NCBI GenBank assembly: GCA_965261595.1
Contig: CBDHDG010000005.1
Coordinates: 832,001-896,000, forward strand
Direction: 5' to 3'
Origin: a bacterium
GTDB taxonomy: Bacteria; UBA8248; JACPRG01; G963555815
Length of the DNA: 64,000 nt
Of the stretch, positions 41,375 through 51,328 are shown piece after piece. The notes beneath the pieces were generated by a model that saw only the letters and a list, made by a program, of their open reading frames with translations, did no database searches and was not told the DNA's origin. The translations under genes were made by a program, and so were the position numbers. Each line of letters opens with the position of its first letter. The first letter of the stretch is position 1.

Positions 41375-42688
41375 TCACGACTCCACTCCACACCAACGTA
41401 CGAGGATCAGGGCGATCATTTTAATGGATACCCGATACGAATCAAGGCCGAGCCATTCATTGGGCGCGTGGCCGTTCTCGCCCAGCGGGCCGATGTTCGC
41501 CGTCGGGATCTTCCCGTACAGAACGGGCACGCGCGTGTCGCTTCCCACCGGATTGGCGACCAGGGGCGCCTCCTCGCCGCTGGCGAAGGCGACGCATTCC
41601 TGGGACAGCCGAATGAAAGGATGCTGAGGGTCGTCCCTCGACGGACTGAATTTCACCGGGAGCCACTCGAGCGCGGGAGGGTTTTCCCGAAGCCAGGGAT
41701 CCGCGGCGGCGGCGGCCTTGACCGTCTCTTCGATGCGGGTCCGGTTCTCTTCAAGGGTCTCGTTGTTGGGGAAGGTGTAGACCCAGTCCATCTCGCACGC
41801 CGGTGGAACCTGGTAGAGCCATCCGCCCCCGTGAATCGCGCTCAGGTACAGGTTGACCGAGCGGACGGGACGGTCGCTGGTGTAATAGGCCGCCTCGGTG
41901 AGCGCCTCGCGCGATGTTATGCCCAGGCGCCGATCCAGCTCCCACAACGCATCGGCGATCCGGTAGGCTTTCTCGATCGCGTTCACCCCCAGGTGGGCCT
42001 GAAAGCCGTGAACGGTTTGTCCTTGCACCTTCACCCGGAATGACAGGACCCCGGAAGAAGCGATCATCACCAGGGGCGGTTTTCCCTCCCCCGGGTGGGG
42101 GTAGACGCACGCGTCGGCCCGGTAACCCTTCTCGATGCAGACCAGGATGCCGCCGCTCCCGCCGATCTCCTCTTCGATGTTGCTCATGCACACGACGTCC
42201 CCTTTGAGGCGGAGTCCGGCCCCGATGCAGGCCTGGAGGGCGAAAAACGCGGCGGCCATGCCGCTTTTCATGTCGGCCGTCCCCCGGCCGTACATCCGCC
42301 CCCCGTCGATCTCCGCGCCGTAGGGGTCGTAATCCCAGCCGTCCCCGGGAGGGACGGTGTCGATGTGGGCGAACAGAAGCATGGAAGGGCCTCCGCCCGA
42401 ACCCTTGTAGGTGCCGATGATGTTGGGCCGTTCCTCGTAATTGCCGACGTTGATCTCCGGGTCCACCGGAATGAACTCGGGATGACCTTCGAGGGCCTTC
42501 ATATCGGCGACGAAGGTCTCGATATCGAGCCCCATGTTTTTGAGGTGGTCCGCGATGTACTGCTGACCCTTCCCCTCCTCGCCGGTCGGACTCGGTATCC
42601 GGATGAGGTCCTGAAGGAGGGCGAGGGCCTCTTCGTCGTGGGAATCAATCCATTCCAAAAGGCGCGTTTCTTCTGTCGTAAGGTCCAT
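41375..42688 (-). CDS. M20 family ArgE/DapE-like deacylase
   Basis: AHIDTV, GRGTADMKSG, IEEEIG, GHAPNE. Confidence 0.9.
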   Translation of the reverse strand: MDLTTEETRLLEWIDSHDEEALALLQDLIRIPSPTGEEGKGQQYIADHLKNMGLDIETFVADMKALEGHPEFIPVDPEINVGNYEERPNIIGTYKGSGGGPSMLLFAHIDTVPPGDGWDYDPYGAEIDGGRMYGRGTADMKSGMAAAFFALQACIGAGLRLKGDVVCMSNIEEEIGGSGGILVCIEKGYRADACVYPHPGEGKPPLVMIASSGVLSFRVKVQGQTVHGFQAHLGVNAIEKAYRIADALWELDRRLGITSREALTEAAYYTSDRPVRSVNLYLSAIHGGGWLYQVPPACEMDWVYTFPNNETLEENRTRIEETVKAAAAADPWLRENPPALEWLPVKFSPSRDDPQHPFIRLSQECVAFASGEEAPLVANPVGSDTRVPVLYGKIPTANIGPLGENGHAPNEWLGLDSYRVSIKMIALILVRWCGVES

Positions 42689-42833
42689 GATCCGCACTCC
42701 CGCTGGTCGAAGGGGGCGTATTCACCGGCCGGCGCTCCACTCCCCTCCGGGGTTCTTGTTGTGGAAGCCGGGTCCTCGCCCGTCAAGCGGTTCGGGTGGA
42801 GTTTCTCAAACGCGAGGATCCCGAGCGTTGCCT

Positions 42834-42863
42834 TTGCGTCAGTGAATTCAATTTTACTACAAT
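42834..42863 (+). promoter_or_regulatory. Sigma70-like promoter
   Basis: TTGCGT-18 nt-TACAAT in an AT-rich patch. Confidence 0.4.
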
Positions 42864-43115
42864 GAGCTCGGTGTTTTGAAGCATTCAACGTGGATTCGGC
42901 GGGGAAGGGATGGGGTCCGCCGAATCTCCGTCCCGCCCCGCGAAGGATGCAATCGGGTCGAATGAGCATTGAAAGGGACCGATCGCTCATTCGAAATCGG
43001 TATTTCGGGCCCCCATCGGAAAGCGGCGGGATTATCCGAATGAAGATGAAAGTCCGGACCCGTTGGGTTGAAACCTTCGGGTTCTTTCAATCCCCCTGAC
43101 CGGGAGGGTTCAGTC

Positions 43116-43751
43116 ATGAGCGAATCGTCTTCTATCGATCCTCAAAAGACAGCGTTGATCGTCATCGACATGCAAAACGGCTTCTGCCACCTGAAAGGGG
43201 AGATGGCGCAAGCCGGGTTCGATATTTCGGCGTCGTCGGACATCGTTCCGCGGGTGAGACGACTCGTCGGTTTGTGTCGGGACGCGGGGGCCCCCGTCTT
43301 TTGGTCCCGCCAGGAGCATTTCCCCGGCGACGAGACGCGGGAAGGACGGCGGGTGGCGACCCATCTGGCCAAGGGGAAAGTCCGGGTGGCCGAGCGGGGG
43401 ACGTGGGGCTCGGAAATCCTTGATGAGCTCAAGGAGGATGTCCGACCCGGGGATTATGTGTTCACCAAGCACAGGATGTCCTGCTTCTTTGACACCACCT
43501 TGGACACCAAGCTCCGGATGTTGGGCGTGACGACGCTGATCATCTCCGGCGTGGCCACGAACGTGTGTGTGGAGTCCACCATCCGGGACGCCTACTTCCG
43601 GGACTATGACATCTATGTGATGGAGGACTGCGTGGGGGGTTATTTCGAGGACCTGCACAAGGCCACGCTGAAAAACGTGGAGGTCTACTTCGGCGAGCTG
43701 CTGACCGTGGATAGCCTGGAAACCCGCTTGGAGAAGCAGGGGGTTTCTTGA
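43116..43751 (+). CDS. Isochorismatase family cysteine hydrolase (RutB-like)
   Basis: D-K-C triad: IDMQNGF, KHRMS, GVATNVCVESTIRDA. Confidence 0.92.
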   Translation: MSESSSIDPQKTALIVIDMQNGFCHLKGEMAQAGFDISASSDIVPRVRRLVGLCRDAGAPVFWSRQEHFPGDETREGRRVATHLAKGKVRVAERGTWGSEILDELKEDVRPGDYVFTKHRMSCFFDTTLDTKLRMLGVTTLIISGVATNVCVESTIRDAYFRDYDIYVMEDCVGGYFEDLHKATLKNVEVYFGELLTVDSLETRLEKQGVS

Positions 43752-43840
43752 TCAAGCGGGTTGCTGAAACCCGGCCGTCCCCCGATTTCCGCGTCATTCC
43801 CCTGAATCGGCGGATGTTTCAAGCGGCCGTGCCAGCGACT

Positions 43841-43876
43841 GGGCCGGGCCCGGACGATCCGCTCCGGACCCGGCCC
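43841..43876. terminator. GC-rich hairpin between convergent genes
   Basis: GGGCCGGGCCCGGA..TCCGGACCCGGCCC. Confidence 0.45.
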
Positions 43877-43910
43877 GCCGTCTCTTCTTCCGCTCCCGGC
43901 CGGGGGCGGA

Positions 43911-44912
43911 TTACTTCATGATTTTCTTCCCCAGGAAGGGCACCTTGAGCTTGCCGCTCTTGATGTCCCTTTGGGCCGCCTGGACCCGCTGGGCGACCTT
44001 CGGGGGCACCTTATTGTTGAACGGCGCCATCGCCGCGCCGCCGTCCGGAATATTCACCAGATATTGCTTTTTGACCTTCCCCTTCTTCATGTCGAGGACG
44101 ATCTTCTTCATGGCGGCGTGCCAGATGAACAGCGTACTGCTGAGGATGGTGTCGGGGGCCATCCGGTTCAGGTCCATGTACGTCCCGATGGCGTACTTGC
44201 CTTTTTCCTCGGCACCCTTGATCCCGCCGAATCCCATGGGACTGGCGGTCACTTTGACGACATCCACGCCCTGGTCGATCATGGCGATCGCGGCCTCTTT
44301 CGCCTTGGAGGCGTCCATCCAGTCGTTGATGAAGATGGACGACACCTTGACTTTGGGATTGATGCTTCGGGCGCCCAGGATGTAGCCGTTGTGCTCGGCG
44401 ATCTGCTGTGGAATGGGGAACCCGCCGATCACGCCGATCTTATTGGTCTTGCTCATGAGCGTGGCCAGCATGCCGCTCAGGTAACCCGTCTCGTGCGACT
44501 CGACCAGATAGGTGATCACGTTGGGGCGGCCCTTGGTTTGGAAGAAGCCGGCCACCGCGAAAATGGTGTCGGGGAAATCCTTGGCCACTTTCATGGCGGG
44601 CGCGCCCCACTCATAGCCATGCCCGAAAATTAGGTTATACCCGGCGACGGCCCAGCGTCGAAGCGCCCGCTCCATGTCGGCGATCTTGACGCGCTCCTGG
44701 GTGCTGACCTCCTCCACGCCGGGGTCCTTCTTCAGCATCAGCGCCCCCCGGTATCCCCCCTCGTACCAGCCCAGATCGTTTTGCGGGCCGTCGTTGCCCA
44801 GGGCGACGCGAATCTTCTTGGCCCCCGCGGCGGGGCCGGCCAGGAGACCGGCGGCGAGCGCAACAGCCAAGAAACACACCGCAAACATTCTCAAAACCTT
44901 TCGATGGATCAT
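43911..44912 (-). CDS. BMP family ABC transporter substrate-binding protein (nucleoside/purine type)
   Basis: Signal peptide; GYNLIFGHG, GYLSGMLA..SKTNKIGVIGG, KAKEAAIAMIDQGVDV. Confidence 0.9.
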   Translation of the reverse strand: MIHRKVLRMFAVCFLAVALAAGLLAGPAAGAKKIRVALGNDGPQNDLGWYEGGYRGALMLKKDPGVEEVSTQERVKIADMERALRRWAVAGYNLIFGHGYEWGAPAMKVAKDFPDTIFAVAGFFQTKGRPNVITYLVESHETGYLSGMLATLMSKTNKIGVIGGFPIPQQIAEHNGYILGARSINPKVKVSSIFINDWMDASKAKEAAIAMIDQGVDVVKVTASPMGFGGIKGAEEKGKYAIGTYMDLNRMAPDTILSSTLFIWHAAMKKIVLDMKKGKVKKQYLVNIPDGGAAMAPFNNKVPPKVAQRVQAAQRDIKSGKLKVPFLGKKIMK

Positions 44913-45000
44913 GTTTCCCTCCATTTCGGTTCAGTCGTTCCCAAGCGTTCACCGGAGAACGAGGTGCGGATGAGGAACTTCCCTCCACCCGTAAAACGTT

Positions 45001-45936
45001 TCACTTCTCTCCACGGACATAGGGGATGCAGAGCGCCGCCGGCAGGCGGGCGTTCCGGGAGACGCTCATGAGCGCCAGGATGGTGGCGATGTATGGCAGC
45101 ATGGACAGGATCTGAAACGGCAGCGCGACCCCCGCCGCCTGGAACCGGAGCTGGAGGGCGTCCATCGCGCCGAACAGCAAGGCGCCGGCCAGCGCACGGT
45201 ACGGGCTCCAGCGGCCGAAGACGACGCAGGCGATGGCGATCCAGCCTCGGCCCACGGTCATTTCCTCGACAAACAGGTTGATGTGGCCCAGGGTCAGGAA
45301 GGCCCCGCCGATGCTGGCCATCATTCCGCCGATGACCACGCACAGATACCGCACCGCCGGGACGCTGACGCCCACGTTGTCCGGGGCCTCGGGGTTTTCC
45401 CCCGCGGCGCGCACCTTCAGACCGAAATGCGTCCGGAACAGGAAAAAACCCGCCACTGGTACCAGGAGGAGCGCGCCGTAGACCATCATGTTCTGCTGGA
45501 ACAGGACCTCCCCCACGAACGGGATGGAGCTCAGGTAAGGAATGGGGGCGGCGGCGAATCCCTTGACCTTCAGCGTGAAGGGGAGGCGGCCGTAGATCAG
45601 CCGGAACATGAAGGCCGACAGGCCCATGAAGACGATGTTGGCGGCGAGCCCGGCCACAATCTGATCGAGGCGGAGGCTGATGTACAAGACCCCCATGACC
45701 AGCCCCAGCAGGATTCCGGTTCCCGCCGCCGCCGCCAGACCCCACCAGCCGCTCTTGGCCTGGTCCGCCGCCCAGTACGCCATGAAGGCCCCCATCAGCA
45801 TCTGTCCCTCGACGGCGAGGTTCAGCACGCCGGAGCGCTCCGAGTAAATCTCGCCCAACGCCCCCAGGATGAGGGGCGTCGCCATCCGGACGGCCGCGGC
45901 CAGGAAGGCGGCGATCATAGCGGATTCAAGCCACAT
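45001..45936 (-). CDS. ABC transporter permease (nucleoside/sugar type)
   Basis: SERSGVLNLAVEG, RAAGENP, GRGWIAIA. Confidence 0.92.
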   Translation of the reverse strand: MWLESAMIAAFLAAAVRMATPLILGALGEIYSERSGVLNLAVEGQMLMGAFMAYWAADQAKSGWWGLAAAAGTGILLGLVMGVLYISLRLDQIVAGLAANIVFMGLSAFMFRLIYGRLPFTLKVKGFAAAPIPYLSSIPFVGEVLFQQNMMVYGALLLVPVAGFFLFRTHFGLKVRAAGENPEAPDNVGVSVPAVRYLCVVIGGMMASIGGAFLTLGHINLFVEEMTVGRGWIAIACVVFGRWSPYRALAGALLFGAMDALQLRFQAAGVALPFQILSMLPYIATILALMSVSRNARLPAALCIPYVRGEK

Positions 45937-46981
45937 TTAAAAACCTCCGGCGCAGGTAAGCCCGGATCACCGGGTAATAACCGCTGGCGAGAATGGACAG
46001 GACCGACAGGCCCACTAGCATGTCCGCCAGAGTGGCCGGCACCCGGGCGACCCGTTGCATGTTGTCCACCCCGACGAGAAGCGCCGCCACGAACACCGCC
46101 GCCGCCACAATGCCCCCCGGATGGAGCCTTCCCATCAGGGCCACCATGATGGCCGTATAGCCGTAGCCCGGCGAGATCTTCTCAATCAACCGGTAATGCA
46201 CCCCGGTCACCTCGCCCATGCCTGCCAACCCGGCCAGGCCCCCGCTGATGAACAGCGACAGGATGATGTACCTCGTGATGGGAATGCCCCCGATCCGCGC
46301 GGCCTCCGCGTTGTCCCCCACCGCCCGGATGCGGTAGCCCAAAACCGTTCGGAACATCAAGAAGTACAGGATGACCGCCGCCGCTAAACCCAGGAGAATG
46401 CCGGCGTGCAGCCGGCTTCCGGGAAGAACGAGGGCCAGTTGGGCCGTCTCCGGAAGGTAATCGGACTCCGGGTAAAACTGCTTGGGTCCCTTCAAGGGTC
46501 CGTGGAGAAGATAGCTCACGAAGAAAAAGGCCACGTAGTTCATCATCAGGGTGGAGATGATCTCGTTGACGCCGAATTTTTCTCTGATCAGACCGGCCAA
46601 AGCCCCCCAGAGCCCGCCGCCGAGGAAGCCCGCGAGGATGCAAAGCGGGATGAGGACCGAGGCGGGAAGCGACCGCAGGCCCAGGGCCATGACCGTCGAG
46701 GCCAGGGCGCCCATGTAGAGTTGACCCTCCGCGCCGATGTTCCACACCTGCGCCCGAAAGGCCACCGACACCCCGAGCGCCGCCAGGAGAAGGGGTGCCG
46801 ACTTCAGCAGCGTCTCGCCGATGCTGTTCAGGCCGCCGAACGCCCCGTCGAAGAACGCCGCGCCGGCCGTGACTGGCGACACCCCGATGGCCATCACCAG
46901 CAAGGCCCCGAGCACCATCACAAATCCGATGGCGGCGAGTTGGGGAAGGATTTCGGAAAGGATTCGGCGTGGCTCGGCCAT
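45926..46981 (-). CDS. ABC transporter permease (nucleoside/sugar type)
   Basis: WNIGAEGQ, NEIISTLMMNY, GYGYTAIMVAL. Confidence 0.92.
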   Translation of the reverse strand: MAEPRRILSEILPQLAAIGFVMVLGALLVMAIGVSPVTAGAAFFDGAFGGLNSIGETLLKSAPLLLAALGVSVAFRAQVWNIGAEGQLYMGALASTVMALGLRSLPASVLIPLCILAGFLGGGLWGALAGLIREKFGVNEIISTLMMNYVAFFFVSYLLHGPLKGPKQFYPESDYLPETAQLALVLPGSRLHAGILLGLAAAVILYFLMFRTVLGYRIRAVGDNAEAARIGGIPITRYIILSLFISGGLAGLAGMGEVTGVHYRLIEKISPGYGYTAIMVALMGRLHPGGIVAAAVFVAALLVGVDNMQRVARVPATLADMLVGLSVLSILASGYYPVIRAYLRRRFLNVA

Positions 46982-46982
46982 T

Positions 46983-48530
46983 TCAGTCTCCCTTCCCGGT
47001 CCGGGGGGCCGCCGAGGCGTCTATCGAGCCTCCCATCAGCATGCCCACCTCGTTGGGGTCGGCGTCCCGCCCGTCCAACACGCCTCGAATTTCCCCCTCG
47101 TACATGACGGCGATCCGGTCGCTGAGCCGGAGGATTTCATCCAACTCGGTCGAGATCAACAGCACGGCCCGGCCGCGCGAGCGCTGTTCGACCAGCCGCC
47201 GGTGCACGGTGTCGATGGCCGCCACGTCCAGGCCCTTCGTGGGCTGCGACGCCACGATCACCGACGCTTCCCGGGAGAGCTCGCGGGCGAGGAGAAGACG
47301 CTGTTGGTTCCCGCCGGACAGGAGCTTCACGGGTGCCCGGGGTCCCGGACATCGCACGTCGAACTCGTGGATGAGCTTTTCCGTGTATGACTGGATGACC
47401 CGGGCGTTCAGGAAGTAGGCCCGCGAGAAGGGAGAGGACGCGTGGGATTGCAGGATGGCGCTCTCGGCCAGGCTGAGGCTGGGAAACAGACCCTGGCGGA
47501 CGGCCTCTTCCGGGATGTATGCCAGCCGCTTCCGTGCGCCCCGGCCGATGGGCAGATTCATGACGTCCTGCCCGTCCACGCGGACCCGGCCCTCGGTGAT
47601 CGCCCTCGCGCCCACGACCACCTCGGCCAGCTCGAGCTGGCCGTTGCCGGCCACCCCGGCCACGCCCACGATCTCCCCGGCGTGGACGTTGAGAGAGACG
47701 CCCTTCAGAGCGGGAAGTCCATGGTCTCCCAGGGCGGAGACCTCCTTCAGCTCCAGCAGGGGCGGTCCGGCCGCCGACTCCGGCTTCTCGAAGTCGAACT
47801 TGAACTCCCGCCCCAACATCATCCGCACCAACTCCTCCTTGGAGGTTTGGCGGGTCGAAACCGTGCCGACCACGCGGCCCGCCCGGAGGACGGTGACGCG
47901 GTCGGAAGAGGCCATCACCTCCTCCAGTTTGTGGGTGATGAAAATGATGGTGAGGCCCTTGGCCGTCATGGCCCGCAGGATCTCGAACAGCTCCCGGGCC
48001 TCCTGCGGAGTGAGGACCGATGTGGGCTCATCGAGGATCAGGATGTCGGCCTTGCGGTGCAGGGCCTTGAGGATCTCCACCCGTTGCTGTTCGCCGATGG
48101 AGAGCTGCCAGACGTAGGCGTCGGGGTCGGTCCAGAGGTGGAAGCGCTCCGCCAGGCCGCGAATCTCATCCGCCACGGCATCCAGCCCCAGGAGCCCAAA
48201 ACCCCGCGACGGGAGGCCCAGCGCAATGTTCTCGACCACCTTCAACGTCGGAACCAGGACGAAATGCTGGTGGACGAACCCGATACCGGCCGCCAGGGCA
48301 TCCCGGGGAGATCGGATGTCCACCTCCCGGCCTTTGATGAAGACGCGGCCCGCCTCCCGCCGAAGAAGCCCGTAGAGGACGTTCATCAAGGTGGACTTGC
48401 CCGCGCCGTTTTCCCCCAACAGGGCGTGGATCTCCCCCTGTTCGACCTCGAAGTCGATGCCGTCGTTGGCCACGACGCCGACAAACCGCTTGGTGATCCC
48501 TTCGAGTCTCAGCAGAGGTTCTGAATTCAT
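46983..48530 (-). CDS. ABC transporter ATP-binding protein (tandem NBD)
   Basis: GENGAGKS, LSIGEQQ, ILDEPT, LSGGNQQ. Confidence 0.95.
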   Translation of the reverse strand: MNSEPLLRLEGITKRFVGVVANDGIDFEVEQGEIHALLGENGAGKSTLMNVLYGLLRREAGRVFIKGREVDIRSPRDALAAGIGFVHQHFVLVPTLKVVENIALGLPSRGFGLLGLDAVADEIRGLAERFHLWTDPDAYVWQLSIGEQQRVEILKALHRKADILILDEPTSVLTPQEARELFEILRAMTAKGLTIIFITHKLEEVMASSDRVTVLRAGRVVGTVSTRQTSKEELVRMMLGREFKFDFEKPESAAGPPLLELKEVSALGDHGLPALKGVSLNVHAGEIVGVAGVAGNGQLELAEVVVGARAITEGRVRVDGQDVMNLPIGRGARKRLAYIPEEAVRQGLFPSLSLAESAILQSHASSPFSRAYFLNARVIQSYTEKLIHEFDVRCPGPRAPVKLLSGGNQQRLLLARELSREASVIVASQPTKGLDVAAIDTVHRRLVEQRSRGRAVLLISTELDEILRLSDRIAVMYEGEIRGVLDGRDADPNEVGMLMGGSIDASAAPRTGKGD

Positions 48531-48623
48531 GATCCGGTCCAAGGGGGCCGCCGGAGGACGGCGGGCGGCCCTATCGAGAATCCGGCGGCGGCCCGGGACG
48601 GGTCTTGGGCGCGCCGGGACAGC

Positions 48624-49292
48624 CTAGTCATTTATCGCCTCTATGATTTCATCGCAGCTCATGATGAGAGCGTACCCCCGGCGAAGGGTCTGAAGCTCCG
48701 CCTCGTGGAGTTGCGGGTCGTCCGTGGCGTTGATGTCGGACCCGAAAACGACCCGGTAGCCCCGGAAGAACGCGTCCCGCGCCGAGGCGCCGCAACAGTA
48801 GTTGGTCATGGTCCCGCAGATGATGACGGTGTCGCGCCCCATGCCCTTCAGGGTGTGGTCCAGGTTGGTGTTGTAAAAGGCGTTATACGTCTGCTTGGTG
48901 ATGATGACATCTTCGGGCCGGGGGGCGAGGTCCTCGAAGATGTCCACCTCCCGGAACAGCTCGGTCATGCCCGCCCGGGCCATGCCCATGGGCACCTCGG
49001 GGATCAGGCCCGCGTCGTACCCCTTCGGGTGATAGATGCAGCAGGTGTAAATAATGGGGATGCCCTGCTCGCGGCAGGTTTCGATCAGAAGCTTGATTTT
49101 GGGAACTTGTCGATACGCGTCGGGAATCCAGTGGACGGAATACTCCGGCTTGACGAACTCATCCTCCATGTCGATGATGATGAGGGCCATGCGCGCGGGA
49201 TCGATTCCCCAGACGGCCCTTCCTTCCGTATATTGCCTCCGGGCCCCTTTCAGAACTTCCTCTTCCGTATACCGCTTCGCTGATGATGTCAT
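48624..49292 (-). CDS. Isochorismatase family cysteine hydrolase
   Basis: IIDMEDEF, KQTYNAF, GTMTNYCC. Confidence 0.88.
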   Translation of the reverse strand: MTSSAKRYTEEEVLKGARRQYTEGRAVWGIDPARMALIIIDMEDEFVKPEYSVHWIPDAYRQVPKIKLLIETCREQGIPIIYTCCIYHPKGYDAGLIPEVPMGMARAGMTELFREVDIFEDLAPRPEDVIITKQTYNAFYNTNLDHTLKGMGRDTVIICGTMTNYCCGASARDAFFRGYRVVFGSDINATDDPQLHEAELQTLRRGYALIMSCDEIIEAIND

Positions 49293-49777
49293 GCGCGCTC
49301 GCACCCCTCCGCTGGTTTTCTTCCCAATGAAATCATCCCCGCACCGTATAGGCGGCCGGGTTGTATCGCGCCATGAGGCTGGCTGGGTCGGTCACTTCGC
49401 CGAGCCGTGTCATGTCGGCTCCGAACCGGCGTTCGCATGAATGGCTCCCATCACCTCTCTCATGCCCGACCTTCCCTTCCCGGAAGGGCTCTTTCAGGGA
49501 AAGGGTCTCATGGCGTTGGATTTGCGAGCTGGACCAAGCTAGCAAGAGAGCCGATGTCTGTCAATGAGACCCTCGTCGACAAAAGACAATTCGTCTATGC
49601 GATTCTCCTCGATTTTCCATTCTCGAAACCAAGCCAGGCCCTTGTCTCTCACAATCATTTTGGTCCGCGCCGGACGCGCGTTGGTGGTGCGGGTTTTTCG
49701 CGCTCGCTTACATGAAGTTCGGGCGGTTGTTGATTGGCGCGGCAAAATTGGGGTCACTGGTAGGTGCGCACAAACTG

Positions 49778-51158
49778 TTATTCCGGCCGGCCGCCTCGCT
49801 TCCGTATCATCTCCAAGGGATCGGGGACGCGGTCGAGGCCCGGGTGGAAAGGCACTTCCGGGAACGGTTCCCCGAAGGGCCGGGTGGCGTCGATCCCCAT
49901 CGCCGATCCCAACTGCCCATCGGGTTTCGAGGGGTCCAGGTTGGCCGTGGGGTAGTTGGGGATGATGATCACGTCCTCCGCCGGCCGGGCCCGGGTGGCG
50001 ATGGCCCACAGGACCTGGGAATGGTCGAAGACGTCGATGTCCTCGTCGCACACGACAACGTATTTGAGGGGCTTCTCGCTCCCGATGGCGGCCATCAGAA
50101 CCTTTCGGCCTTCGCCCAGAAAGGTCTGCTGAACGCTGATGAAGATGATGAACGCGCAACAGCCCGCCCCGGTGGCGTGGACGCTTTTCAGGCCCGGAAA
50201 GCTCGGTTTCAGATGCCGGTGCAAGGCGGTCTCGCTCGGGATCTGCTTGAGAAAGTGGTGTTCGGTCATGGGGCGTCCGGTCAGGCAGGCGTGGAAGATC
50301 GGGTTCCGCCGGTGGGTGACGGCGGTCACCTCGACCACCGGCTGCATCGACGCCGGGCCGTAATACCCCGTGTATTCGGCGAAAGGACCCTCGTGCTCCC
50401 GGCGGTGGGGGAGGATCCGGCCCTCGATGACGATTTCCGTTGTCGCGGGCGCCTCCAGGTCCACGGTCCGGCACTTCACCACGTCCAGGGGTTTGCCCCG
50501 CAGGCCGCCGGCGATCTCCAGCTCATCTTCCCCGTAGGCGGACGACACCTGCGTGGCGAGGGTCACCACCGGGTCGCAACCCATGGCCACGGCGATCTCC
50601 AGAGGCTTGCCCATGGCCTCCGCCTTGGCGAATTGGCGGGAAATATCCTGGTATCCCGGAAGGATAGACGTTCAGCTCGCGTTTTCCGCGGAACTGCATC
50701 CTGTACATCGATGCGTTCTTCGAGCCGTCCTCGGGGTCTTTGCTGATTTGAATACCGTGGGTGATGAAGGCGCCGCCGTCCTTCTCGGCGTAGGTGGGGA
50801 TGGGCAGGTGGGTGAGGTCCACCTCGTCCCCTTTCATGATCACCTCCTGGCAGGGACCTGTCTCGACCAGCCGGGGAGGGATTGGATGGCCCACTCCGTG
50901 GTCGAACCGTTCGTAAACGTTTTCGGAATCGACCTCCAGGGCCATGAGGAGCCTGCGCCGGCAGCCGAGGATTCCTCCAACGACCGGCATGTCGTATCCC
51001 TTCACGTTTTCGAAAAGGAGGGCCGGCCCCTCCTGATCCGCGGACTTTCGGATGTAGGCGGAAATTCCGAACTTCGGATCCACTTCCTCGGAGATGCGCA
51101 GGAGTTCGTTCCGATTCTCGAGGGATTCCATGAATTCCCGCGGATCGTCGAAAGGTAT
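49778..51158 (-). CDS. UbiD family (prFMN-dependent) decarboxylase; +1 frameshift at about 50655; apparent ATA start
   Basis: GPALLFENVKG, MYRMQ, EIVIEG, EGPFAEYTGYY, WAIATR, LDPS, GIDAT, split over two frames. Confidence 0.85.
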
Positions 51159-51328
51159 GTGGATTCCCCCCCCTTCGTGCCGTGATGATGGCGCGCCCTA
51201 AAAAAGGAATCGGGGAGGCACCCGCACGATGTTCAACATCGCGGGGCGTTTCCTCCCCGATCGCGACCGGTTTCAGATTTTACATCTTCGCCGAAACCGC
51301 TTCCCGCCGGCCTCGGACGTTCACCGCG

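Noticed and set aside
39662..42043. Long antisense or alternative-frame ORFs (793 aa here; also 33577-35325, 52779-54383, 38296-39849)
   Set aside because: Shadow ORFs opposite well-supported genes, expected at high GC; no motifs
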